DNA of 52,465 nt. Source: Bacteroidales bacterium. GTDB lineage: Bacteria > Bacteroidota > Bacteroidia > Bacteroidales > GWF2-35-48. The notes under the pieces are model-generated. The model was given only the letters and a program-made list of their open reading frames with translations, ran no database searches and was not told the DNA's origin. The stretch spans positions 1 through 52,465 of the forward strand of contig JAVHQG010000140.1 in assembly GCA_036171035.1 (NCBI GenBank), read 5' to 3'. Shown here piece after piece: positions 28,826-38,204 of this stretch. Position 1 is the first letter of the stretch. Each line of letters starts with the position of its first letter. The translations under genes and the position numbers were made by a program.

Positions 28826-30106
28826 ATGAACAGAGATACAATAATATTTGACCTGATTGAACAGGAAAAAAACAGACAGATGCACGGTTTAGAACTGATT
28901 GCATCAGAAAATTTTGTGAGCGATCAGGTACTGCAAGCCATGGGTTCGGTATTAACCAATAAGTATGCTGAAGGATATCCGGGTGCTCGTTACTATGGTG
29001 GATGTCAGATAGTAGATCAAACGGAACAACTTGCTATTGACAGGTTAAAATTATTATTTGGAGCAGAATATGCAAATGTTCAACCTCATTCCGGAGCACA
29101 AGCAAATGCAGCAGTGATGCTTGCTTGCTTGAAACCAGGTGATACCTTTATGGGTCTCGATTTGTCACATGGAGGACACTTAACACATGGCTCAGCAGTA
29201 AATTATTCCGGTCTTTTATATCATCCGGTTTCGTATGGTGTGCGAGAAGAAACAGGAAGGGTTGATTATGACGCAATGGAACAGGTTGCTTTAAAAGAAA
29301 AGCCCAAAATGATTATTGCAGGTGCTTCAGCTTATTCGCGTGATTGGGATTTCCCTCGCATGAGGCAAATAGCTGATAAAATCGGAGCATTGCTTATGGC
29401 AGATATTGCACATCCTGCCGGTTTGCTTGCAAAAGGTTTTCTAACGCATCCTTTTCCGCATTGTCATATTGTGACATCTACAACACATAAAACCCTCAGG
29501 GGTCCAAGGGGTGGAATTATTATGTTGGGTAAAGATTTTGAAAATCCATGGGGATTGAAAACGCCTAAAGGTGAATTAAAAATGATGTCGCAATTGCTGA
29601 ATAGTGCAGTGTTTCCAGGTATTCAAGGTGGACCATTGGAACATGTGATTGCTGCAAAAGCCGTTGCTTTCGGAGAAGCATTAACAGAAAGTTACCAAGG
29701 ATATATCCAACAGGTTATAACGAATGCTCAAGTAATGGCAAAAACCTTTGTTGAAAAGGGGTACAAGGTTATTTCCGGTGGTACAGATAATCATCTGATG
29801 TTAATTGATCTTCGCACTAAAGTGCCACAAATTACAGGGAAACAGGTTGAGAACACGCTTGTTAGAGCAGATATTACATTGAATAAAAATATGGTTCCTT
29901 TCGATAGTCGCACACCGTTCACTACTTCGGGTATTCGAGTGGGAACGCCGGCTCTTACTACACGGGGCATTAAAGAAAATTTAATTCCACAAATCGTAGA
30001 ACTTATTGACGATGTTATTATGCACATTGAAGATGAAACTATGATTACTAAGGTAAGAGGCAAGGTAAATGAAATGATGAAGGATTTTCCTTTATTTGCA
30101 TATTAA
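28826..30106 (+). CDS. glyA: Serine hydroxymethyltransferase
   Basis: [22 protein letters not shown] and the PLP-lysine context [15 protein letters not shown] are present. 426 aa. Confidence 0.97.
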   Translation: MNRDTIIFDLIEQEKNRQMHGLELIASENFVSDQVLQAMGSVLTNKYAEGYPGARYYGGCQIVDQTEQLAIDRLKLLFGAEYANVQPHSGAQANAAVMLACLKPGDTFMGLDLSHGGHLTHGSAVNYSGLLYHPVSYGVREETGRVDYDAMEQVALKEKPKMIIAGASAYSRDWDFPRMRQIADKIGALLMADIAHPAGLLAKGFLTHPFPHCHIVTSTTHKTLRGPRGGIIMLGKDFENPWGLKTPKGELKMMSQLLNSAVFPGIQGGPLEHVIAAKAVAFGEALTESYQGYIQQVITNAQVMAKTFVEKGYKVISGGTDNHLMLIDLRTKVPQITGKQVENTLVRADITLNKNMVPFDSRTPFTTSGIRVGTPALTTRGIKENLIPQIVELIDDVIMHIEDETMITKVRGKVNEMMKDFPLFAY

Positions 30107-30171
30107 TAGTCATTAGGTTATAAAAGGGAGGCGTGATGTTATATTGCGCCTTTTTTGTTGTATAAGAGGCG

Positions 30172-31353
30172 TTATATTATTTGTTTGTATTTTTCTAATA
30201 ACTGTTTTGCACAAACTTTCACATTAAGGTTTTTTTCAATAAATTTTCTGTTTTCAATAATAAGTTCAGCCTTTTTATTATCAGGAAGCATAAGAAATTT
30301 TTCAATATTTTCCGTCAATTGTGTGCTGTTTCTTTCATCAGACAAAAATTCACAATTTTGTTTTGAAAGAACAAATGGAATATCGCAATGTGTTGTGCTG
30401 AATATGGGCATTCCGCTGGCAGCCATTTCAATGATTCCAACAGGAGCTCCACCTTCTGTATCGCCGTTTGTTGCAGTTACACTAGGTGAAATAAAAATAT
30501 GTGATTGGTAGGCTTCCTGAATCATTGCCTTGTGTGAAATAAATCCTAAAAGGTGGACTTTATCCTGAAGATTACATTGATTGATGATGTCTAATATTCT
30601 TTTTTTTTCTTCTAAGCTTTTCTTAAAAATATCAAATTTATTTTTTCCGGCATCGCCGATAATTTTAATTGAAAAATTTTGATGTTTTTTTTGAAATAAT
30701 CCAAGTGATTCCAGTGCATATGGGATTCCTTTCTTTTCGCGAAATGTTCCTGCAATTAGAAAATTTAAGTGTTCGTTTGCTGAAAAAATGCGAGGTATAA
30801 ATTTTATTTTTTCAAGATCTACACCGAGTCTCTGTATCTGTATTTTTTCTTTCGGACAACCCAGTTTCTCAATACATGAAGCCATATAAGGACCCTCGCA
30901 AAGGCAAAGATTTATATTTTTGAACATTTCTTTATATCGATTTCTCCAAATAGCTTTTTGTGGTAACATATTTACATCAACACCATAAAATGTTACAATA
31001 TGTTTGATATTGTGCTTTAGTGCCAGTTTGTGATTTAGCCATCCATAATGGCCAAAATGGGAGTGGAGAATATCTGGTTTTTCTTTTGTTAATACTTGAT
31101 CTAAAAGATTTAATTCTACTTTAATACCTGTTTTTCTAAACACTCTTCTAGTAAAACTATTGACCATGGATTCTTCATTTAGCGAATAAATTTTTGATGC
31201 AGGGAACTGGTCAATATTCATTGTTCGCTCGCAAACAATTATGTTTTCGCATGAATCTACTGGGATGTTATGTACCTGCCCAAAGAGCCATGTCATGGTC
31301 TGTGGCAGCCAATATTCAACACTATGTATAACTTTTATTTTTTTCACAATCAA
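30172..31353 (-). CDS. Glycosyltransferase, GT4-like (GT-B fold)
   Basis: The C-terminal half has SPSVTATNGDTEGGAPVGIIEMAASGMPIFST, matching the E(x7)E-type GT1/GT4 donor-binding region. Confidence 0.8.
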   Translation of the reverse strand: MIVKKIKVIHSVEYWLPQTMTWLFGQVHNIPVDSCENIIVCERTMNIDQFPASKIYSLNEESMVNSFTRRVFRKTGIKVELNLLDQVLTKEKPDILHSHFGHYGWLNHKLALKHNIKHIVTFYGVDVNMLPQKAIWRNRYKEMFKNINLCLCEGPYMASCIEKLGCPKEKIQIQRLGVDLEKIKFIPRIFSANEHLNFLIAGTFREKKGIPYALESLGLFQKKHQNFSIKIIGDAGKNKFDIFKKSLEEKKRILDIINQCNLQDKVHLLGFISHKAMIQEAYQSHIFISPSVTATNGDTEGGAPVGIIEMAASGMPIFSTTHCDIPFVLSKQNCEFLSDERNSTQLTENIEKFLMLPDNKKAELIIENRKFIEKNLNVKVCAKQLLEKYKQII

Positions 31354-31413
31354 TGCTAAATTTTTTGTTTATGGGCATTCGTAATTAATAAAAAAAGCCC
31401 CAAATGGAGCTTA

Positions 31414-31457
31414 TGTAGCGTGAGACAGGGTCGAACTGTCGACCTAATGAATATGAA
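31414..31457 (-). repeat. Displaced copy of the tRNA-Met 3' half (anticodon loop to acceptor 3' strand); att-like direct repeat
   Basis: It matches 33271-33314 at 40 of 44 positions in the same orientation. The T-stem GACAG/CTGTC and the acceptor strand TCACGCTA are kept. There is no D-arm or 5' acceptor sequence beyond it, so it is not a whole tRNA. Confidence 0.75.
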
Positions 31458-31752
31458 ACTTAATTTTAAAAACACCATATACTGATTATCAGAAATTTGA
31501 ATCATTGAATCGATGCTTTTTCGTTGATTATTTCGTCCAAAAGTTGATCCATTTCATTGATCCATTTCTATCATAAACTTCACAAAAACAGTTTAAAATA
31601 GCTAACGATTATTGCGCCATTTTGTCAACACAAAGATAGTTGTTTTTGCCATACAAAATAAAGTAACAAAAAATAAAAAAATAATTTTTGATTAATATTG
31701 TAATTATGCTTATGAAACATTATTTTTGTCAAGCATAATTAATTAAACAACT

Positions 31753-33111
31753 ATGAAATTCATAAACAGAAAAATAGAATTAGAGCTTTTCACTAAAGTT
31801 CTAAACCAAAATAAATCAACCTTTATTATTGTTTATGGAAGACGTAGAATAGGTAAATCTACGTTGATAAGGAAGGCTCTTAATCCTACAGATATTTATT
31901 ATATGGCGCAGTTGTCTGATGAATCACTTCAACGAGAATTACTGGCAAAAACCATTGCACAAAACATTAATGGATTTGATTCAGTTATTTATCCTAATTG
32001 GGATTCACTCTTTGAAAGCCTGTCAGAGCGTGTTACAAAAAAGACAACTTTATGTCTTGATGAATTTCCATATATGGTTAAAGCATCACCGGGATTACTA
32101 TCGGCAATACAGAAATGGCTCGATCTTCATAAGAATGGAAAATGCAACCTAATTATTTGCGGATCATCACAGCAGATGATGCAAGGGTTTACTTTTGATT
32201 CAACGAATCCACTTTATGGCAGAGCTTCTAAAACACTTAAAATAGATCCTCTTTTACCCGGCTATTTGTTACACGCACTCAAAACAGATCCGATTCATGC
32301 TGTGGAAGAATATTCAATCTGGGGTGGTGTTCCAAGATACTGGGAATTAAGGAACAATTCTGAAGATTTACCTAATGCAATTTCTGACATAATTTTAGAT
32401 AAATATGGAGTTTTGCATCAGGAGCCAATACAACTTTTTTTGGATGATATGCGCGAATCCGTACAGGCGTTTTCTATTATGTCAGTCATTGGTTCGGGTG
32501 CAAACAGATTATCAGAAATTTCCGCAAGACTTGGAAAACCATCTACACAATTATCAAGACCACTTGATGTACTTATTCAATTAGGTTATTTAATTCGTGA
32601 AATCCCATTTGGTGAAAATCCTAAAAACAGTAAACGAAGTCTTTATAAGATAAATGATCCATTTCTTGCATTTTATTTTAAACTGGTTGTTCCAAATATG
32701 AGTGCGCTTGAACAAGGTTTTGTTGCAAGAGTTATAAAGCAAACCCAAGAGTTGTATGTAAATCATATTTCATCGCAATGGGAAAATTTATGTAGAATGT
32801 CAGTACCAAGAATGCAGATTATGGGACATGATTTTAATGTTGCTAATCGTTGGTGGAATAATAAATGTGAGTTCGATCTGGTAGCTGAATCGGTAGATGG
32901 GAAACACATTCTTGTTGGTGAATGCAAATGGAGTGATATCGCCAAACCAATGGAAATTATTAATCATCTAAAAAATAAGATAAAGGAAAGTAATCTCGTG
33001 AATGGAAGATTTTTGATTATGGCTCTATTTGTGAAAAACTTTAATTTTAAGGAGAGTAACGAAGAATGTCTAATATTTACACCAAAAGAAATTATGAAGC
33101 ATCTTGTTTAA
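31753..33111 (+). CDS. AAA+ ATPase (archaeal-ATPase/ATPase_2-like) with a DUF234-like C-terminal domain
   Basis: Walker A VYGRRRIGKSTLI and Walker B LCLDEFPYM. There is a winged-helix-like middle region. The C-terminal segment reads EFDLVAESVDGKHILVGECKWS. Confidence 0.8.
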   Translation: MKFINRKIELELFTKVLNQNKSTFIIVYGRRRIGKSTLIRKALNPTDIYYMAQLSDESLQRELLAKTIAQNINGFDSVIYPNWDSLFESLSERVTKKTTLCLDEFPYMVKASPGLLSAIQKWLDLHKNGKCNLIICGSSQQMMQGFTFDSTNPLYGRASKTLKIDPLLPGYLLHALKTDPIHAVEEYSIWGGVPRYWELRNNSEDLPNAISDIILDKYGVLHQEPIQLFLDDMRESVQAFSIMSVIGSGANRLSEISARLGKPSTQLSRPLDVLIQLGYLIREIPFGENPKNSKRSLYKINDPFLAFYFKLVVPNMSALEQGFVARVIKQTQELYVNHISSQWENLCRMSVPRMQIMGHDFNVANRWWNNKCEFDLVAESVDGKHILVGECKWSDIAKPMEIINHLKNKIKESNLVNGRFLIMALFVKNFNFKESNEECLIFTPKEIMKHLV

Positions 33112-33272
33112 TCAAATCTTTAAATCAAATATTAAACAATGGGTTTTTATTTGTTTACACAGCTTACAATATTAAAAAAAAGGCTTAAAAAAGTAGTTGT
33201 GGTGCAAATCGTATGCAAGTAATAAAAAAAGCCTCTCAAAGAAAAACCCTGAAAGGCTTATCGTTGTCAATG

Positions 33273-33346
33273 TAGCGTGAGACAGGATTGAACTGTCGAC
33301 CTCATGATTATGAATCATGCGCTCTAACCAGCTGAGCTACCACGCC
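33273..33346 (-). tRNA. tRNA-Met (anticodon CAU), elongator type; a lysidine-modified tRNA-Ile2 cannot be excluded
   Basis: The reverse complement folds by hand into a cloverleaf: GGCGTGG TA GCTC AGCTGGTTA GAGC G CATGA TTCATAA TCATG AGGTC GACAG TTCAATC CTGTC TCACGCT A. The acceptor stem has terminal G:U pairs. CCA is not encoded. Confidence 0.9.
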
Positions 33347-33517
33347 ATAATTTTTTTGAGGTGCAAACCTACATAAATTTTTAAATTTTAACAAACAAAT
33401 AAAATAAATTTGTGGGTAGTCCATTCAATATTCAGTAAAAATGGTATTTGGCATTTACCGATTACTAAATGTAATGTAATATTCCGTTTGCAGTTGGGAT
33501 AGTATTATTATAAAATG

Positions 33518-34762
33518 CTATGATTTTGTTTGTGAATTTTTTAATTTCAAATCGTGACCCATCTTATCGCGCTTGGTTTTAAGATAAAATTCATTAAATT
33601 TATTAGGAATGATTTCATTATTTATATTTTCAACTATTTCAAGTCCATATCCCTCAAGACCTGCACGTTTTACAGGATTGTTAGTTATCAGTCTGATTTT
33701 ACTAATTCCTAAATCACGCAATATTTGTGCTCCAATTCCATAATCTCTTTCATCGGAATGAAAACCAAGTTCAATATTTGCTTCAACTGTATCGCGCCCT
33801 TGCTCTTGCAGTTTATATGTCAATATTTTGTTGAATAATCCAATTCCTCTACCTTCTTGCATCATATATAAAATAACGCCTTTGCCTTCTTTTTCAATCA
33901 TTGAAATTGCATTTTCAAGTTGCGAACCGCAATCACATCGCAGGGAATGAAAAATATCGCCTGTAACACAGGAAGAATGGACTCTTACTAAAATTGGCTC
34001 ATTGGGTTTCCAAGTTCCTTTAATTAATGCAACATGCTCCAACCCGTTTGAAATTTGTCTGTATGCAATCATTTCAAAGTATCCAAATGAGGTCGGTAAT
34101 TGTACTTTAACTCCTTTTTGAATAAGGCTTTCACGTGTAAGTTTATAGGCTATTAAATCTTCAATTGAGATAATTTTGATATTAAACTTGGCAGCAATTT
34201 TAAGCAGTTCAGGCAAGCGAGCCATTGATCCATCTTCATTCATTATTTCAACCAAAGCTCCACCGGGTCTTAATCCGGCTAATGTTGTAAGATCAACAAC
34301 GGCTTCAGTATGCCCGGCTCTTCGTAAAACTCCGCGTTCTTTGGCTTTGAGCGGAAAAATATGACCTGGTCGAGCAAGATCTGCCGGTTTTGTGTCGGGA
34401 TCAACTAATGCTTTGATTGTTTTTGCCCTGTCTGATGCAGAGATTCCTGTTGTACAACCATCACCAATAAGATCAACGGATACTGTAAAATTTGTTTCAT
34501 GCAATGAAGTGTTATTTCCCACCATCATTTCTAATTTAAGCTCATCGCAGCGTTTTTCAGGGATTGCCATGCAAATAAGTCCCCTCCCGTACATTGCCAT
34601 GAAATTAACTTTTTCGTCTGTGATTTTTTCGGCTGCAACTACAAAATCGCCCTCATTTTCTCGATCTTTGTCATCAACAACAATAAGAAATTTACCATTT
34701 TTGATATCCTCGATTGCTTCATCAATGGTATTTAATACTATATCCATATCTGTTTTATTCAT
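33518..34762 (-). CDS. ribBA: Bifunctional 3,4-dihydroxy-2-butanone-4-phosphate synthase / GTP cyclohydrolase II
   Basis: DRENEGDFV and GHTEA (DHBP synthase half), plus [24 protein letters not shown] and the EGRGIGL context (GCH II half). The start is placed at the ATG at 34762. Confidence 0.93.
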   Translation of the reverse strand: MNKTDMDIVLNTIDEAIEDIKNGKFLIVVDDKDRENEGDFVVAAEKITDEKVNFMAMYGRGLICMAIPEKRCDELKLEMMVGNNTSLHETNFTVSVDLIGDGCTTGISASDRAKTIKALVDPDTKPADLARPGHIFPLKAKERGVLRRAGHTEAVVDLTTLAGLRPGGALVEIMNEDGSMARLPELLKIAAKFNIKIISIEDLIAYKLTRESLIQKGVKVQLPTSFGYFEMIAYRQISNGLEHVALIKGTWKPNEPILVRVHSSCVTGDIFHSLRCDCGSQLENAISMIEKEGKGVILYMMQEGRGIGLFNKILTYKLQEQGRDTVEANIELGFHSDERDYGIGAQILRDLGISKIRLITNNPVKRAGLEGYGLEIVENINNEIIPNKFNEFYLKTKRDKMGHDLKLKNSQTKS

Positions 34763-34825
34763 TTTTTTACAAAGATAAAATGTGTGATTTAAAAACACGA
34801 ATCATTTTTTAGAAGATATATCATA

Positions 34826-35989
34826 TCAGGAATGTATTATTATCTGTTCCAGCATTGTGTTATGTTTCTCCCAACTATAATTTTCTGAAACGAATTGATG
34901 TCCATTGGCTGCTAATGTATCTGCTTTAGACGGGTTTTCAAGTAAAGAAATAATGTGGTTGACGTAGTCTTCAGGTGTTTTTCCAATTAATATTTCTTTG
35001 TCTTCTTTTGCTTTTAACGAATTGTTGGCTATTGATGATGAAATACAAGGAATTTGCATTGACATTGCTTCCAAAAGTTTGTTCTGTAATCCACTGCCTA
35101 GCTGCATAGGTGCAATAAATATTTTTGATTCAGCATAACATTTTCTCATATCTTCAATCCAACCGGTAATCTCTATATTTTCAGATGCCAATATCCGAAC
35201 TGAAAGTGCCGGATTTGCTCCGGCAATTCGTATTTTTATTTTTGGATGTGTTATGCGCAAAAGTGGTAAGATTTTATGTACAAGAAAATTAGCACTATCA
35301 ATATTGGGAGCATAATTCATGTTCCCTGTAAATACTAAATCGGTGCATTTTTCTTTCTGTAATGGTTTGAAATATTCCATGTCAACCCCATTGCGAATAA
35401 TATGAATTTGATCTTTTTGTGGATGCATGATTTTATCACGATCTTGTTCTGCAATTATGATTTTGTTGTTAAAATAATTGAAGATATCGTGTTCATATTT
35501 TTGCAATCTTTTGTATTCTATTTTTAAAATCGGGTGCTTGTAAAAAGGCGAATTATGATATCTCCGTTCTACCCCAACTGAAAAAGCGTCTTGATAATCA
35601 AGTGTTTTGGGGATATTTATGTCTTTCACATATTCTGAAACTCGTATCAGTTGACAAAAAATATGATCAGGTTTTTCTTCATGAATGATTTTTTTTACCA
35701 TTTTCGATGCAGAATTATTATAGAAATATCCTACTTGAAAAGGTTTCCCATTAAAAAAAACTTTTATTAGATGATAAAGAATAGAGAGCATTGTAAGGCG
35801 AAAAACATGGATTTTTTTACAATATTTTCCGAGTATATTCATCGCATCCTTATGCAATGCAGTGTCAGTTAATGCAAAGAGGATTATTTCATGATTTTTT
35901 GATAGGCTTTTTATTTGGTTAAAAGCTCTTAACTTATCGCCTTTTTCAAGAGGATATGGGAAACGCGATAGTATGACAAATATTTTCAT
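34826..35989 (-). CDS. Glycosyltransferase, GT4-like
   Basis: N-terminal FPYPLEKGDKLR and C-terminal IAPMQLGSGLQNKLLEAMSMQIPCISS (GT-B donor-binding region). Confidence 0.8.
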   Translation of the reverse strand: MKIFVILSRFPYPLEKGDKLRAFNQIKSLSKNHEIILFALTDTALHKDAMNILGKYCKKIHVFRLTMLSILYHLIKVFFNGKPFQVGYFYNNSASKMVKKIIHEEKPDHIFCQLIRVSEYVKDINIPKTLDYQDAFSVGVERRYHNSPFYKHPILKIEYKRLQKYEHDIFNYFNNKIIIAEQDRDKIMHPQKDQIHIIRNGVDMEYFKPLQKEKCTDLVFTGNMNYAPNIDSANFLVHKILPLLRITHPKIKIRIAGANPALSVRILASENIEITGWIEDMRKCYAESKIFIAPMQLGSGLQNKLLEAMSMQIPCISSSIANNSLKAKEDKEILIGKTPEDYVNHIISLLENPSKADTLAANGHQFVSENYSWEKHNTMLEQIIIHS

Positions 35990-36055
35990 TTCAGTATCAG
36001 AGCTGTTAATTAAATTACAAAAATGGTGTTTTAAAACGACTTATCAAAACCGATA

Positions 36056-37003
36056 TTATTTGCATTTGGAATTATATAGTTCTTCAGCTTGTTTGTCGCC
36101 TAATTTTTTTGCTGTTTTCCATGCTTCACAGGCTCCTTTTTGATCCCAAAGCATGTTTTTTGTAATACCCATCAAGCGAAATAAAACGGGATTTTTTGAA
36201 TTGATTTCATTGCATTTGGCGTAGTCTTCAAGTGCGCCATGATAATCTCCTTTATCATATTTTGCACGGGCTCTGCCAAAATATGCATCAAAAAATGGAT
36301 TTTGGCATTTTACAATGGCTGCTGAAAAAGTAGCAATGGCTTCATCTGGTTTTTTCTGTTTTAAAAGAATATTGGCTTTGTTGCAGTAGGCAGTTGAGTC
36401 GTTGGGAGTAATTCTGATTATGCTTGCATATGCAAAACAGGCATCATCGTAGAAACCTTTCATGGCAGTGTAGTATGCAAGTTTTTTTAATACCGGAACA
36501 TTTAAAAAATCGGTGCCGGCAGCTTTTTTCAGATAGTCAATCAGCATAAGCGTATCTTTATGTCTTTCAGATATATTTGATGCTCTCAGAAAATATTTCA
36601 TGCTGGCTTTTTTCAATTTGTCATATTTTTGACCGGTCTCAAAATTTTTTTCAGCTTCATTATTTTTCTTTTGTAGTGTTAACGCCATACAAAATCCGAA
36701 ATAAGAATCGGCTTCATTGGGCGATAGTAACCATGCTTTATTGAATTTTTGAATAGCTATTTCTATTTGATTTTCTGACAGATTTTTCCATCCTACATCA
36801 ATAAATGTTGAAAATGCTTTTTCTTTTGATTTATAAAGGTCAATAGTCTCTTTAATAAATTCCTGATCGGCTTCTTTCTCTTCGCTTGTTTTTACTGCAT
36901 TTCCATACATTGGCAATTGCTCGTCAGCTTTCTGTGCAAAGCATAAAATAGGGAAAGAGAGCATAATTAGAAGATAATAGCAAATAATACTAATTTTTTT
37001 CAT
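36056..37003 (-). CDS. Secreted TPR-repeat protein
   Basis: Signal peptide ...LCFAQ. There are several TPR-like units (e.g. AYFGRARAKYDKGDYHGALEDYAKCNEINSKN). Its start overlaps the stop of the upstream glycosyltransferase gene by 14 nt. Confidence 0.7.
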   Translation of the reverse strand: MKKISIICYYLLIMLSFPILCFAQKADEQLPMYGNAVKTSEEKEADQEFIKETIDLYKSKEKAFSTFIDVGWKNLSENQIEIAIQKFNKAWLLSPNEADSYFGFCMALTLQKKNNEAEKNFETGQKYDKLKKASMKYFLRASNISERHKDTLMLIDYLKKAAGTDFLNVPVLKKLAYYTAMKGFYDDACFAYASIIRITPNDSTAYCNKANILLKQKKPDEAIATFSAAIVKCQNPFFDAYFGRARAKYDKGDYHGALEDYAKCNEINSKNPVLFRLMGITKNMLWDQKGACEAWKTAKKLGDKQAEELYNSKCK

Positions 37004-38204
37004 TACCCGATATTTTGTTGAAAAAATTAATAAGTTTTGTTGTTACAATACTGTTATTATATTGGTTCTGTATTAATAATATGGCATTTCTTCCGATGGT
37101 TTCACAAAGTTTTTTATCTTCTGCACATTGTATTATGGCATTTGCAAATGTTTCGGCAGAATCTGCTATAATGATGTTTTTTTGATGTGAGTAGTTAATT
37201 CCTTCTGCTCCGATTGTTGTTGAAATAATTGTTTTTCCAAGAGACATCCCTTCAATGATTTTTACGCGCATTCCACTTCCCGAAAGTAATGGAACCAGCA
37301 TTACCTGTTTTGAGTTCATAAACGCAGCTGCATCGGGTACTTCTCCAATAATATTGACCCCGCGAAAATGCTGTTCTGCGAACCATGATGGGAAATTCCG
37401 TCCGGCGAGAGTGAGTTTGCTGTCTGGTTTTTTGCTTAATACTATTGGCCAGATATTTTCAAGCAACCATCGGAGTCCTTCAATATTTGGCATCCAGTTC
37501 ATTGACCCAATGTGGAAAAATCCGGGAAATTCAGCATTTGTTGTCTCATACTCATCAGGCACATGTGCTATTGCAACGGGGATATCGATTAATGGAACGG
37601 TGCATCCTAATTGTTTAAAAAATGTAACATCCTGTGGCGAAATTGCTGCGATGCCATCAACTTTATTGATATGTGTGAGTTCAAATTTTTTTAATCGTTT
37701 TGAAAGTACTATAAGATAATATTTTTTAAAAAAAATTGAACAGGAATTTGCCATTCGCTCCCAAATATAATGTTCAACATTGTGTGCCCGAAGTATTATT
37801 CTTGCATTGGAATATGTTCTTATTGTATCAATATATGGGGCAATAAAAAGTGATTCTAAAATAACAATATCAAATTTATTTTTTTTGAGAATTTCTATGA
37901 TTTTTTGTTCGAATTTTTTGGAAATAAATCGTGTAATATTATATGATTTATTCGTAAATAAAAGATTGAATAAGGCATCAAATGGCTTTACTCTGTTATC
38001 AACAAATACGCTCTCAATTGTAGTTGTATTCTTGTATTCAAGTGGAATAATGTCCATGTCCACCGGATGTTTGGAAGTGTTCATTGCAAGTATTTTTACC
38101 GAATGTCCTGCGTTTAAAAGTCCTTGCGTGATGATGTTTATCGCAATGCTTCCTCCCTCCTCTGGTGGATATGGAACTTTATTTGTTAGTTGTAGTATTT
38201 TCAT
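36990..38204 (-). CDS. Glycosyltransferase, GT4-like
   Basis: N-terminal KILQLTNKVPYPPEEGGSIA and C-terminal LVPLLSGSGMRVKIIEGMSLGKTIISTTIGAEG. Confidence 0.8.
   Translation of the reverse strand: MKILQLTNKVPYPPEEGGSIAINIITQGLLNAGHSVKILAMNTSKHPVDMDIIPLEYKNTTTIESVFVDNRVKPFDALFNLLFTNKSYNITRFISKKFEQKIIEILKKNKFDIVILESLFIAPYIDTIRTYSNARIILRAHNVEHYIWERMANSCSIFFKKYYLIVLSKRLKKFELTHINKVDGIAAISPQDVTFFKQLGCTVPLIDIPVAIAHVPDEYETTNAEFPGFFHIGSMNWMPNIEGLRWLLENIWPIVLSKKPDSKLTLAGRNFPSWFAEQHFRGVNIIGEVPDAAAFMNSKQVMLVPLLSGSGMRVKIIEGMSLGKTIISTTIGAEGINYSHQKNIIIADSAETFANAIIQCAEDKKLCETIGRNAILLIQNQYNNSIVTTKLINFFNKISGNEKN

Larger units (their letters stand above)
31414..33314. mobile_element. Putative remnant of a tRNA-integrated element (about 1.9 kb, no integrase)
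   Basis: It is bounded by the intact tRNA(CAU) and the 44-nt direct repeat of that tRNA's 3' half. It contains a single ATPase gene and AT-rich non-coding flanks. Confidence 0.4.

Noticed and set aside
30129-30156. Terminator after glyA (aggcg-N13-cgcct followed by a T-run)
   Set aside because: It has only a 5-bp stem with a 13-nt loop, which is too weak to report as a feature without transcript data.
33273-33346. Initiator tRNA-fMet
   Set aside because: The anticodon stem is CATGA/TCATG, without the three consecutive G:C pairs. Position 1:72 is a G:U pair rather than the C:A-type mismatch of bacterial initiators.
31414-33346. Large genomic island or ICE at the tRNA
   Set aside because: The repeat-bounded segment is only about 1.9 kb with one gene. 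The neighbouring GT4 and ribBA genes lie outside the repeats and look like core genes.
34763-34825. FMN riboswitch upstream of ribBA, and likewise ZTP/THF/glycine-type leaders upstream of purC (39739-39949) and glyA (28666-28825)
   Set aside because: The ribBA spacer is only about 60 nt, and all three leaders are AT-rich with none of the conserved GC-rich cores of these riboswitch classes. A cmscan would be needed to be certain.
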